A stretch of 63,234 nt of DNA, the filler included, from Octopus bimaculoides (Eukaryota): NCBI RefSeq assembly GCF_001194135.2. It is 6 parts of 6 records of this genome, joined end to end, with 100 filler letters (N's around TTAATTAATTAA, not from the genome) between each part and the next. Parts side by side here need not be neighbours in the genome. Positions count along the whole stretch, not along the records: positions 17,011 to 25,859 come from NC_069010.1; positions 25,960 to 40,843 come from NC_068989.1; 4 more parts are not named here. One strand, written 5' to 3'. Under the pieces are notes generated by a model, which saw nothing but the letters and a program-made list of their open reading frames with translations, was not told the origin of the DNA and searched no databases. Below, piece after piece: positions 23,770-36,695 of this stretch. A program made the translations under genes and the position numbers. Position 1 is the stretch's first letter. Each line of letters starts with the position of its first letter.

Positions 23770-25859
23770 GGTAAAAGAGAGAGAGAGAGAAGGGCTATTC
23801 ATTTTCCTATCCACCACTTTCATTGTATTGAAATGGTCTTTTTAAGGATTGTCAAAAAAAAAATAGATAAATAAAGGTAAAAACTTGTTTTCTACTTACA
23901 CCATTGTTTTGAGAAGGTGTCTAGGGATGGTAAGAAAAGGAAGAAGAAAAAGAAAGAAGAAAATATAGAGAATAATATAAAATGTTTTCTTTTCTGTTTT
24001 TTAGTCCTTTCTTTTTATATTCTTTGAGTCATATTCAGAATATATTCCTGTCATAGATTTATTGATTTATTTGTGGTAAGGTGTAGTTCTGCATGAGAAT
24101 ACATTAGTATAATATTTGTAAATTTGAAAAATCAATTAGTAAAAATAACTTTATCTATCATATCATACCCACACATATATACATATACATACATACAAAA
24201 CGTACTCTTTGCTTTTCTTTTTTCTCTTTCAAACATTTAACTTCGGAGAAAATCTTTTTATGAAGTGTAGTTCCATTGCCTTTCNNNNNNNNNNGATTTA
24301 TTGATTTATTTGTGGTAAGGTGTAGTTCTGCATGAGAATACATTAGTATAATATTTGTAAATTTGAAAAATCAATTAGTAAAAATAACTTTATCTATCAT
24401 ATCATACCCACACATATATACATATACATACATACAAAACGTACTCTTTGCTTTTCTTTTTTCTCTTTCAAACATTTAACTTCGGAGAAAATCTTTTTAT
24501 GAAGTGTAGTTCCATTGCCTTTCAGTATTGTGGATCGTCCCGTGTACATTTGTAAAAGGGAAAGATTTTTAACTTTCTGTCTCCGAATATTTCCAGATGT
24601 TTACTCAATGGAATCATTCTTAGTTCTTCTTGCCGGATATGTTGCCTGTGAATTCTTGCACGTTGGCAGAAGGAGTTATTACTTTAGCCGGTGTAATTTT
24701 CTTTACAGTTTGGGCAGGTAATGCAGTATGTGAGATTTTGTGTTTTACAGTTTATATCCGCATTTATTTTTAAAATAGATCCCTCTTGAACTTTATGTGG
24801 GAACCACTTTCTATGTATTTGAAGTTGTTGATATTGCTACACGTTCCACATCTATCTCCACATTCTTTTACTATGAATTCTGGTTTAGTCTCTGATCTGA
24901 ATGCTTCCCTTGTGAGGTGTTTTTTTAAGTTCTTTTTTTTTTTTTGGTTGGCGTCTGCTATTTCGTAAGGTGTTTTTTTCAATTATAGTTTTCATCTTTG
25001 GGCTTCGAAGGAGTTCGATTTTATGACGTGGAATATGTTAGTTAGTGCAGGATTCGGAATCGTGTTTTCATTAATTTTTTTCCTTTAGCCATGCTGTATG
25101 GGATGTTTCTTTTGATGTGTGATGGATGACAAGAATAGAAATTTAAATATTGGTGTGTACCGGTATTTTTGTAAAATATGTCTGTTGTGACAGTGCAGTT
25201 TTGTATTTTTATGTGGATATCCATGAATGGTAGTTCATTGCAACTGGATTCTGTTGTGAATTTGATGGAAGGGTGAAGTGCGTTTAGTATATTGTTAAAT
25301 ACATTTAGATCTTCAGTCAATTTTCCCCCAAAAATGAAGCAATCACCAAGGAAGCGTTTCCATTTTTTAATTATATATTTCTTGTATTCCTCATCAACAG
25401 TTTGCTCTACTTCCTCATACAGCTTTTCTTCTAAGTATCCCATAACTAAGAGTTTGCATATGAGGGCACAAATTGCGTACCCATAGCCGTGCCCTTTATC
25501 TGCCGATATGTTTTATTGTCGAATTTAAAGAAGGTATTTTCCTCTAGTATTAGACGTGTGGCCTTGGTGATGAAGTCAGTCTTGAAGCGATCATTTATCC
25601 GTTATCTATGTTTTTCTACCCAGTATTTGATTGCTTCTAGGCCTAAAGTGTGGGGTATATTGGTATAGAGATTAGTGACATCAAAACGTGCCAGTGTAGT
25701 AACTTCTGCAACAGTGGGGGGAATGTGTTGTATGAAATCTATGCCATCCTGTACATAGCCGGGTATTAATGGGCACAAAGGTTTTAGGAGTATATTTAGA
25801 AAATGACTTAGCTGTTGTGTTGGTGCTTGAGGTCAAGCAACTGTTGGCCTTAGTTTGAA
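23770..25859 (-). mobile_element. Penelope-like element (Neptune/Naiad-type): RT, thumb, CCHH linker, GIY-YIG and 3' UTR; decayed
   Basis: FDVTNLYTNIPH..YRQIKGTAMG..KWKRFLGDCF..YSCHPSHIKRNIPY..KECGDRCGTC..YCITCPNCKENYTG..RIHRQHIRQ..IFPFYK..FIKRFSPKLNV*. Confidence 0.93.
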
Positions 25860-25959
25860 NNNNNNNNNNNNNNNNNNNNNNNNNNNNNNNNNNNNNNNNN
25901 NNNTTAATTAATTAANNNNNNNNNNNNNNNNNNNNNNNNNNNNNNNNNNNNNNNNNNNN

Positions 25960-26897
25960 GTGGAGGGGAGGTACGACGACGATCTTGGGGCGAACCTGGG
26001 CGTCGACGAGGAATACCTGACCCGCCTGTTCAAGTCGACTTTCGGGCCGGGACCTATGGATAACTTCCAGAGATCCCTAGCCTGGAAGTGCTACCGAGGA
26101 GCGCTACCCGTTCGGGATAAGCTCTACCGACATGGTTCGAGAAACACGGGGCCGACCTGCCCGAGATGCGGTCAGAGCGACGAGACGATTCTGCACGCAC
26201 TCGTGCAGTGTCCAACCATTTCCAACCTGTGGGCTTATGTCAAACGATTGCTGTCACGTGTGGGATGAGTTGGTTTATCAACCGAGTCTATCGGCAATAT
26301 AGTCACGCCTCCTTCCTTTAAACGGGAAGAAAGAGCTGTTTTTATTGTACTTGTGGCTATGGCGTAAGAATGCATCTGGTGGACGCGTTTGAAAGGATTA
26401 GAGACAAACACTTTCCTCTCTGGTCAATCTCTCATCAACTTTTTCAAGTATCACTTGAAAAGGAAGGTGAGAGTAGAGAGGCAAGTGTTGTCTAGCAAAT
26501 GTTTCGAAAAAAGATGGATACATGTAGCAAGAATGGCACGTATGAATGACGAAGCCACTTTGAACATGATTCTATAGAACAGTAAAAATTTTATAAGCAG
26601 AGAGTTACTTACGTTTCTTTCGTAAATAAAAGTGTATTTTGCAAATTGTAACATTAATGACCGAGGTTACCGTGGTCTTTTTCGTAGGTTTTTCTTTCCA
26701 TGGATAACCTCCCCATTTATTGGGAAATTTTTGTAATATTTTCATTTTCTTGTACATACCCCAAACGTTTTTTCGATGCCTTTTCATCGTTATCCCCATT
26801 TTATTTTTTTTACTTTATTTTCGTCCCCTCAAAAAGAAAAACTCTACATTGTATTTGTCCCATCTGTGTTGAGCCCTGTGTGGCTAATAAAAGAAAT
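25960..26897 (+). mobile_element. Tx1/L1-clade LINE 3' end (ORF2 CCHC knuckle plus 3' UTR)
   Basis: CPRCGQSDETILHALVQC (C-x2-C-x8-H-x4-C); homologous to the C-terminus of the 42919-45965 element; ends in aataaaagaaat. Confidence 0.9.
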
Positions 26898-27138
26898 GTA
26901 TTAACAATTAACTTACACTCTTCTATGCTTGTGTGGGTTAGATGTGATTTGTTGAGTGAGAGAGTGCAGTGCAAATAAAATTGAACACATCTTGCTCTGT
27001 ATGGGAAGCGACTGTACAAACTTTCATTATTTCAGAAAAAAAAATAGTTAAATTTCGTTGCCCCTCCACCAGAATTCTCTCTGACTTATTTACATTATTT
27101 ATATTTGATGGATATTTGTCCTCATCTTGTTTGTTGTT

Positions 27139-27184
27139 AACACAATGTTTCAGCTGATATACCCTCCAGCCTTCATCAGGTGTC
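27139..27184 (-). ncRNA. Hammerhead motif F1 with CpG-type decay in stem III
   Basis: GACAC-CUGAUGA-A-GGCUG..CAGCU-GAAAC-AUU-GUGUU (ACGU changed to ACAU). Confidence 0.7.
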
Positions 27185-27265
27185 TTGGGGAAATTTCGAA
27201 CCTGGGTTCTCATTCCTAAGGTATTTTTCGATGTTGTTGTTATTATTATTATTATTATTATTCAG

Positions 27266-27337
27266 ATCACTGCCTGGAATTGAACTCGGAATCTTGGGGT
27301 TAGTAGCCTATGCTCTTAGCCACTACACCATATGCCT
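27266..27337 (-). promoter_or_regulatory. tRNA-like Pol III head (A and B boxes) about 30 nt after the PLE stop codon
   Basis: AGGCATA-TGGTGTAGTGG (A box)..CTACTAA loop..GAGTTCAATTCC (B box). Confidence 0.7.
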
Positions 27338-28417
27338 GTGGGCTATTATGGAGTGAATTTTAGGGCTTATAAATCTAATATTTCCCTATCCTTCCTTAAT
27401 ATCAGTTTCTATATGTTATTCATATCTGCACTCAGTCTGCTTAGGAGGTTGTTGTGTCCTAGCATATGTGCTGCTTCTTTTAGTTTTTTGTATTTTCCAG
27501 TGGTGTTCTCTGTCTATTATTTTAACTTCATCCCACAGGAGGAGGTGGTCTCTGTTTTTCCATACATGATCAGCTATACCCGATTTATCAATATCTCCTC
27601 ATGTCACAGATTTGCGATGTTCCTCTACCCTTATTTTGAGGGGATGGCATGTTTTGCCTTTGTATAACCTTCCAGCTGCATGGATGGAGTACATGCAGTC
27701 TTTGTTCATATTCTCTTCTATTGGTGGTTTTACTCGAAGGAGATATTTGCGAAGTGTTGTATTGCTCTTGAATACTGTCCTGATGTCATATGGGCCGCAT
27801 ATCTTTGGTATCTTTTCAGAGAGGCCTTTCACACAGGGTAGACTGTGGACAGTTCATTAGTTTCATCCTCTCTTTTCTTTATAATTAGAGTGGAGAGTAT
27901 GCTTTTGGGGTAGTTGTTGCTTAATAGATAGTTACTGAGCTTGATCATTTCTTCGTTGTGGGTATCATGATTGCTACTTTTATTCTTTGCTCGATGTGTT
28001 AGGCACTGAGCAATCTCTCTCTTTACACTGTATGGATGGTGGGAATTGAGGTTGAAGTATCGTCCGGTGAAGGTTGGCTTGCGATATACGGATGTCCTGA
28101 ATCCATGCTTGGTGCGTGTTATTAATATGTCCAGGAATGCTAGCTGATTGTCTTTTTCCTTTTCCATTGTGAACTGTATGGATGGCTTTATTGAGTTCAC
28201 ATGATCTAACATCACTTCGACATCTTCCTGGTGGGGCCAGAGTATAAAGGTGTCATCAACATATCACAACCATAGGGTTGGTTTTAGTGGTGTTGATCCT
28301 AAAGCCAAATTCTCAAAGTATTCCAAGATGAGGACAAATATCTGTTAAATATAAATAATGTAAATAATGTACATAATTCCTCATCTCTTAAATATAGAAC
28401 TGTATTCTCTCTGACTT

Positions 28418-30793
28418 CTTCAAGAGTGGAGAAGTAGCAACAGTGTGAGTAGAATTGGCATGCTATTAGAGAAATAGGTAGATGAAGTTATGGAGGTAAT
28501 CACAGTGTCCCATGAAATAGTTAAACATACACTTATCATAGATTGAACAATGACTGGTATCTTGGTTGTCACCCATAATCAAGACTGGTGGAGAAATAGA
28601 AGGATCATATTTATAACACCTGCCAATATATTACCTTGATAAAATAACAATTACTGCTGACCATTTCAAAAGATACCTTAGCCACATCATGATAGCTTCT
28701 CTGGAATTTATGTTGATATTAAATGTGGAGTAATTAAGACATCAAAGTTCTGTGGTACAAATGACATCACCATCTGCACCACAGACTTCAGGAAACTGGT
28801 CAACCACTTTATCAGTCATTTAGGTAAACCCAGAAGCAAGATAGATTTCATTCTCACCAAGAACTGGGAATAAGTGAATGGTTGGAAATATCTAGTCTTT
28901 CCCTACTGAGAATGCACCACTCAGCATAGAGTAGAAATAGTTATTTCATAACAGAAGCTAGACAAACTTAGAAATGAAACGTAATTTGGAAAAAAATGTC
29001 AAGTGTGAAAAAACCCTTGGCTGGTTATATATTTAGAGAAATATGAGCTAATACTCATGACAGTGGGAGAGGGCATAAAGAAAAAAATTGAGTTTCTACA
29101 GAATGACCAACTAAAAACTGCAGACTACATATGCTGCTAGTATAAGATCTCAATCAGATGGAAAATATATTTTAGTGATATAATACTGTAGATAGAGCTA
29201 TATTAGTTGATGGACATGATGGGAAGTGGAGCAACAGAGAAAAATATTGAATAGTTTGAAGAGGAGTTATAGTTCAGGTATACTTGGCAGAAGTATGAAA
29301 AGAAAGAGGATTGCACATTTTCTGGGAACTGAAGTGTTTTGGGTTGCCAGGCAGTGTACTAGAGTGAATCAAGATGTCATGGGAATGATAATAACACACT
29401 TGGTCTTATTGGTGATGAAAAGGGATGTGGAGAAGTTATACTGAGATATTATGGAGTAGACTTTTGTTTATGTAAGTGAAGAATGCAACGGGGAGGGAGA
29501 ATCTGTTTCAAGTTGACAGCAAAGTAGTTGATAAGCAGTTAGAGATATGAAAGTAGTGAAAGCAGCTGGTTAGTGGACAAAGGCTAGTGACTCAGGTAGT
29601 ACAGGAAAGCTTTGTAACTAATGTCTGCCATTGTAATTGTTAACTGCTGTAGGACAAAAATGAGGCACAAGAGAGGACACTATGGAAGTATGAAATTGTT
29701 GGATGACAACAGCTGTATAAAGAAAGTGGATGGTACCTGCGGGAAAGGGAGACCCAGGAAGACGTGGGATGAAGTGGTAAGGACTGATCTCAAGATGTTG
29801 GGCCACATGGAGTAAATGACAATGGACCGAGATGAGGTTCTTGAGAAGACCCACACACATCAGTGAAACTGAGTTCTAAAAGCACTGTGTGTTCCACTCA
29901 CATGTAGCAAGAAAACTTTTCAAATGCCCTACCTCAACAAACCATACTACATCTCTACTTCTCTTTTGCCCACTATGCTTATCTCCGACTCCCCAATCCT
30001 GTCCTCATGGCTCTGTTCACTGTATCATTGCTTTATGGAAGCACCCCCTACCTCCTCTATATACCCAGGTTTTCACCACTCACTGCATCCCCCTTTGGTA
30101 ATGCCCTGCCACTTATATTATGACCTCTGTACCTCAAGGGTATGCCCTGGCATTTGCCACCATCTCTCTCTCTCTTCTTTTACTCAGCCATCCCATTTAT
30201 TTCTGATCCCTATCCCTTGTGAGTATGCCTGGTACTTTGCCACCATCTCTCTCTCTTGCACTTTTGCTGTCTTCCACTCTCTCTTTCCCTTGCTCTTCCC
30301 TCTGACTGGATAAACATGTATCTCCTTTGCAACAGTACACCTGTTTCTGTTCTCATTCTCAATCAATTTCACTCTCTCTCTCACCGGGTAACCATGTACC
30401 TCTTCTACAGCAAGACATCTGTATCTCTCTTGCTATAACCTTTCATCATCTGACACAAGATCAGCTCCTGCAATGCCCCCTTTCCGTCTCAAAGGATCTT
30501 TGTCTTGCAAGTTACTTGGTGACCCTACCACTGCTGATACCATGTAAAAAGCACCCAGTCTACACTGTAAAGTGGTTGGCATTTGGAAGGGCATTCAGCT
30601 GTAAAAACCATGCCAAAACTGACCTTGCCTGTGCTTGTGCCATGTAAAAACACTGCTAGTTGGTTGCTGTTAGGAAAGGCATCCAGCCGTAAAAACCCTT
30701 TCAAAACATACAGAAGTCTGGCCAGCTCCTGTCAAACTGTCCAACCCATGCCAGCATGGAAGGCAGATGTTAATTGATGATGATGATGATGAT
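28418..30793 (+). mobile_element. Highly decayed RTE-clade LINE: APE remnant, C-terminus, and 3' UTR with (GAT)n tail
   Basis: KIDFILTK..CTTQHRV (APE end); GTCGKGRPRKTWDEVVRTDLKMLG; 3' end ..ccaacccatgccagcatggaaggcagatgttaa(tga)n. Confidence 0.75.
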
Positions 30794-30919
30794 GTTCTGA
30801 AAGTTATTGCAACTTTAAGAAGATGATTTTAGCCTAAATAAGATGCTATAGGAATTGTCTCTCGAAGAAATGTCACTGCCGTTATATTCCTTGAGATTAA
30901 CTGCAAAATAAATTCTTAG

Positions 30920-31280
30920 CTAGTTGTAAGGCGATACATTTGTTGGATGAAGGGACCCCTTTTCCTGTGGGCCAGTGGTTGCTTAGAAAGCCAGATGTAT
31001 GGAAATGCTTATCAAGCATTTATGAACTATGTACAGAGGCACAGTGATTAATGAATTCAATGATGAACCTAGCATACAGGTAGGGGTCTACTGGTGGTAA
31101 GCACTTCTTCCTTGTTCATTATGGTCTTCCAAGCCATAATAGCTGTTCACACAGGCAACAATATGCTGATGACATTTTCTGTTTTAGATTCTTTATCTTC
31201 AAATGTATACTGCTGAAGATGTACTTAGCTAAAAGGGAGTGACCATACTTCATATTTGTTGGCTTGGAGTTGGACTAGAG
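30920..31280 (+). mobile_element. RTE-clade RT remnants
   Basis: Decayed MYGNA.., LFIMVFQAI and QLLKMYLAKRE..FIFVGLE segments. Confidence 0.45.
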
Positions 31281-32904
31281 GAATGGCTTTGAGAATGGAA
31301 CTAGTTATGTAGAAAGATACAGTGAGTACAATGATTTCAGTGACAAAGTGTGATGGTAGGAGCTCATCAAGTTTCAGTCATCAGCCCCTGTCTATGGGAA
31401 TTCTTATATGCTGATAATCGATGACTTACAAGTGAATTGATTTTTGAGTTATAAATGGCATTCTAGATGTGAATACAAAAGTTAAGATCGAAAAGTCTCA
31501 TTATAAGTGCATCAGAAACTGAGGTGTTAGTTAGTAGGAAAGAAGACAGGTAAATGACCTAGCTCAGTAAGCAGAATAGAAGTTGGTTGGAACTATTCAT
31601 GCTGTACATTTTGTATGTTTTGGACGCACAAATAAGCATGCTTTGTATGTAACAGAGACTAGAACAATAATCTCTATGAGTAGACTGGTAAGAGATTCCT
31701 TTAATGCCCAGTAGTTTTACTGGAAGTAGTTGATAGTTTGTATTACCTAGCTGACATAATTTGCTGTATGGGTGATAGTTTGAAAAGTATGATAGTCAGG
31801 CTAAAAACAAATTAGAAAAAGTTCTAGGAGCTGTTATATCTGCTGACTCCAAATATTTTCCCCATCAAATAAAGGTAGATTGTATAATAATTGTTTTTGA
31901 ATTGCAATGCTGCATGATAGTGAGATGTGGATCTTAAATTCAAAGGCTCAAAAGAAACGAAGGAAGCAAGCTCCAATGGATGTGTTGAGTAAGTGTGAAT
32001 GAATACCCGAATACATATAAAGTGAGAGAAAATCTGGTGATAAGAGGGATTGGAATTTAATGTGTAAGAAATGAGACAATGTTGGCTTGGATGTGAGCTG
32101 CATATGGAGGCTGATTGCTATGTAAGCTACCTCCAACTTACCTCTTTCATGAATTTCCTTCCTTCAAATGTACCTGCAACTTTCACAGCCTCCCCATCCA
32201 TAGCTCCCATGCTGTGTACTCACTTCTTCCTCCTATATTGGCTACATTTCACTCTCACACCCACTAAAATGCCCTCAACACACCTCCACCTAAACTCCTG
32301 CAACTTCCCTCACATTTACTTATATATACTGTACACAAACCTCTTAAACTTTGACACCTCAACCAGCATAGTTACACAGATATATATCCACAAAAACCAT
32401 CTTACCAATAATGTATAGCCATACATATCTATATTCCACTCATATGTACCTACACACACAGAAAGACACACATCACCATACTCCTACTAATACTCTAATC
32501 ATACACAATTATAGACAGACCTACCCACATATACATACCTCCTACTTGGCCATTCCATTTTCCTTGTCAACTGTATTTAACACCTCAGTTGGCTTTTCTA
32601 ATGTATTTAATATCTTATAACACACACAAAGACTCTCTCTCTCTCTGTCTCTCTCTCTCTCTCTCACACACACACATCTTACTCTTCCCATATTACTGCC
32701 TTCCCCAGGTTAGCTCTTCTATCAAAAGACCTTTTCCATTTAAACTTCCTTGTGCTTTTCTTTCACAACAGGACTACCTCACTTTGCCACATCACATTCT
32801 TCAAATCCTCTTCCTTTAAGCCATCCCTACATCTTCCCTGGATAATTTACCACTGGATTTTTAGCAAATTACCATTTCTGAACTCTTCAACTCTCTCCAA
32901 CAAT

Positions 32905-33400
32905 GTCATCATCATCATCCAGTGTTTTAAATCCGGGTTTTGTCCCTGTTAACAGGGGTGGCCGGATCTACCTCAATGCCATAGCAACTGCCCTCACACC
33001 ATCTCGCCATCTTGCCCAACTCTCCCAATCTCCTTCTCCACCTTTTCCTCGGTCTACCTCTCTTTCACTCTCCATTTACCTCAGAAGCAATCACCATCCT
33101 CAGAACATGCTCTTCATCCATTCTCAACATATGCCCACACCACCTCACTCCATTCCCCCTTGCCAACCATTCGACTGGTTCCTCCAACCCCAGCATTTTA
33201 TGAAACAACCTCATGCCACACATTTCTCTCACCATTGTTCTCTCAGTCCTTCTCAAAATTACCACCTCTCTCTCCTTCAGACACCATGTCTCACTCCCAT
33301 ACAACATTGCAGCTCTTACACAACTCTTATAGACCCTTCCTTTCATCTTTAATGAGAACCTTTTCCCTGCACTTCACCCAACCAAGTCCCACTCTTGCTG
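32905..33400 (-). mobile_element. RTE-clade LINE 3' fragment
   Basis: LKMKGRVYKSCVRAAMLYGSETWCLKERE..LRRTERTMVREMCG..VRWCGHMLRMDEE; (GAT)n tail at 32905. Confidence 0.88.
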
Positions 33401-33757
33401 TCACAGCTGCTTCACATTCACCCTATCTCCCAAATAAGAAAACCCTCTCACCATTTCCCCTGGTTCTGCCAGTCCTCCAGCTCCTTTCTCACATCTTCCT
33501 CAAACAAACTCTCTTGCCAGTCTTGGTGTCACCTTCTTCATTTTCATGAATCCATTTCTCACATCCCGTACACAACACCACATTTGCCATTACCCTCCTC
33601 CCACATTCACCACATGGATCCACCTTACTCACTAACACTTCTCCTTCCACTTGGCTCACCATCACCTTGTAATGTTGTTAAAAATCATTTTTGTCCTTCT
33701 TTACTCTCTTCTGTTTTTAACTCACAGTATACATATATTTCCTCCAATACTGTTTAT

Positions 33758-33815
<58 letters not shown>

Positions 33816-33977
33816 GGCACAGAAGTGGCTGTGTGGTAAGAGGCTTGCTTCCCAACCACATGGCTCCAGGTTTGGTTCCACTGTGTGGCACCTTGGGCAC
33901 GTATCTTCTCCTATAGCCTCAGGCTGACCAAAGCCTTGTGAGTGGATTTGATAGATGGAAACTGAAAGAAGCCCATC

Positions 33978-34037
<60 letters not shown>

Positions 34038-34197
34038 TTGTTCCCCCCACCATCACTTGACAACCAATGTTCGGCAAAAGCGACCGAAAGAATAAGTACT
34101 AGGCTTATAAGGAATAAGTCCTGGGGTCAATTTGTTCAACTAAAGGCACTGCTCCAGCATGGCCACAGTCAGATGACTGAAACAAATAAAAGAATAT
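33816..34197 (+). mobile_element. tRNA-headed SINE, family A (full length)
   Basis: Complete head, (TA)n(TG)n tract and 3' end ..actgaaacaaataaaagaat. Confidence 0.92.
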
Positions 34198-34199
34198 AT

Positions 34200-36300
34200 A
34201 TCATCATCATCATCATCATTATCATCATAATTTAACATTTGTTGTCCATGCTGGCATGGTTGGATGGTTTGACTAGAGCTGGCAAGCTTGGGAGCTGCAC
34301 CAGATTTCAGTCCAATGTGGCATAGTTTCTATGGCTGGATGCCCATCCTCATACCAACCACTTTACAGAGTGTGCTGGTTGCTTTTACATGGCACTGTAT
34401 AGATGCTTTTACATTGCATCACATGGGTGCTTTTTCATGGCACGACATAAGCACTTTTACGTGGCACCACATGGGCACTTTTATGTGGAACTGCACAAGC
34501 ACATTTATGTGGAACCACCATAAGTGCTTTCCACAACTAGAGGGACTGGTCTTAGCACTTCTACAGAGCACGGGTCTTCTTGAGTACTGCAAGGTGCCAG
34601 GCATCTCAGTCCTTTGTCATCTCGCCTGAAAGGTTCAGTGACCTGAGGTCATTCTTCAGTATTCCATCCCATGTCCTCCTGGGTCTCCCACTTCCATATA
34701 TTCCATCCACTTTGAAAATTTGCTATTTCTTTATGGAACTGTCGGCATCCTTCCACAACGCATGACCAAAACAATGCAGTTTTCTCTCTTGCACACAGCA
34801 ACTAATTCCTCTTATATATGGTACAGGAGTGACTGTGTGGTAAGAAGCTTACCACACTAGCACTCTGTCGAACATGTACACTTATATTATGCATCCAGCA
34901 GAGCATACTAGCCTCATTCCTTTCTAACCTTCACATGTTCTCTGCATTCAGAGTCCACATCTTACTACCACGTAAAATTGCTGTATGTATATATGTATCA
35001 TACAATCTTCCTTTCACTCAGAGGAAGAAATCTTTTGTATCCAACAAAGGTAATAGCTCTCTGAATTTCTTCCATCCTATTCTTATTCTAGCTACCATAC
35101 TCTCTGTGCATCCTCCCCTGCTGCTAATTTGGTCCCTGAGGTAGCAGATATTATTTCCTCTCTCTAATGAACCACCAGGGCATTTGAGAGAATCAATTTC
35201 CCAAGTCTCTAAAGTGTGTATGAATCCTGTGCATCTTCTATATACAAAAACTATCTTCTCTGATAAGCTTCCTATTAATCCACTGCAGCTCTTGTGTGTC
35301 CATAGCATACACTGGGTGGACTATATGGCATTCCTGCCAACACCTTTCTACAAATTGAACAGGGCCACCTACCTGAGTAGGGTAGGGTCCTGTCAGTTTT
35401 CTTGCTTACTAGGACCTTAGTCTTTTCTAAATTAACCTTAAGGCCCTTAGATTCTAGGTTTAGCTTCCACACCTGGAATTTCTCTTCTAGCTCTGATATG
35501 GAATCTGCTATGAGGGCAAGATCATCAGCATACAGTAGTTCCCAGGGACTGCAGGTCTTGAATTCCTCTGTTATGGCTTGGAGGACAATGATGAAGAGGA
35601 AGGGACTAAGGACTGAGCCTTGATGAACACCTACCTGTACACAAATTTTTCGTTGTACACATGGTTAACTCTCACCTTCTTGACAGCTTTTTTGTACAGC
35701 TTTCACCAGCCACTCATCTATCCCTAGCCTCTTCAGAGCCCACCATATTACACAGCGGGGCACTCTATCAAAGGCTTTCTCTGGATCAAAGAATGCTAAG
35801 TAAAAAGGTTTATTCTTTGCTAAGTACTTGTCTTGCAAATGCCTGACTATGAAAGTAGCATCAGTAGTGCTTCTTCCTCAGATGAACCAAACTGCATTTC
35901 ATCTAGCCTAATTCTACACCTAATTAATTGAGCTATAACCCTCTCCATAATTTTCATCCCCTGGTCCAGGAGTTTAATGTCTCTATAATTGCGTCTAAGC
36001 ATCACCCTTACCCTTGTAACAACTAAGAATTTTGCTCCTATGCCAGCCACTATGTATTACACATTCCTGAATGACCTAATTAACTATGCAGGTGACTTGC
36101 CTGTATCCTACCTTACTGGATATTTTGATCATTTCAGTTGTGATTCCAGATGGACCAGAGGCTTTCCTGGTGTTTATGTTTTTAATTGTCTTATCTACCA
36201 TACTGCTGTCCACCAGGATAACGGGTCCCTCTGTTGGGTTCTCATAAGGGAGACTCCCTTTATTCCATTCATTCTCTACATTCAACTGTCTTGCACAGTA
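34200..36300 (-). mobile_element. RTE-clade LINE (RT to 3' tail), decayed
   Basis: NYRDIKLLDQGMKIMERV..DEMQFG; LLYADDLALIAD; LESKGLKVNLEKTK; GRWPCSICRK; RIRIGWKKFRELLPLL; (GAT)n tail at 34200-34230. Confidence 0.92.
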
Positions 36301-36367
36301 ATATATATATAGGTAGGTAGGTAGGTAGGTCATTCATTCTCTACATTCAACAATCTTGAGTGGCATA

Positions 36368-36695
36368 GGCGCAGGAGTGGCTGTGTGGTAAGTAGCTTGC
36401 TAACCAACCACATGGTTCCGGGTTCAGTCCCACTGCGTGGCACCTTGGGCAAGTGTCTTCTACTATAGCCTCGGGCTGACCAAAGCCTTGTGAGTGGATT
36501 TGGTAGACGGAAACTGAAAGAAGCCCGTCATATATATGTATATGTGTGTGTGTGTGTATCTGTGTTTGTCCCCCTAACATTGCTTGACAACCGATGCTGG
36601 TGTGTTTATGTCCCCGTCACTTAGCGGTTCGGCAAAATAGACCGATAGAATAAGTACTAGGCTTACAAAGAATAAGTCCCGGGGTCGATTTGTTT
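36368..36695 (+). mobile_element. tRNA-headed SINE, family A (least diverged copy; runs into a gap)
   Basis: ggcgcaggagtggctgtgtggtaag (A box)..gggttcagtccc (B box). Confidence 0.93.

Larger units (their letters stand above)
27088..28403 (-). mobile_element. 5'-truncated Poseidon-type PLE with an inverted terminal copy and a 14-bp TSD
   Basis: RT/EN translation LPFLDI..TSVYRKPTFTGRY..HHPYSVKREI..YKGKTCHPLKIRVEEHRK..KSGIADHVW..WDEVKIIDRE..KEAAHM; inverted end ~28325-28403 mirrors 27088-27129; TSD attctctctgactt at 27074-27087 and 28404-28417. Confidence 0.93.

Noticed and set aside
24057-24523. Apparently identical ~230-bp direct repeat at the PLE 3' end (candidate tandem pLTR)
   Set aside because: The two copies look identical in an otherwise decayed element and sit on either side of a 10-N gap. 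An unmerged contig overlap is more likely; long reads are needed.
27266-27337. Functional tRNA gene (also the SINE heads)
   Set aside because: The acceptor and anticodon stems do not pair; these are tRNA-derived heads in repeats.
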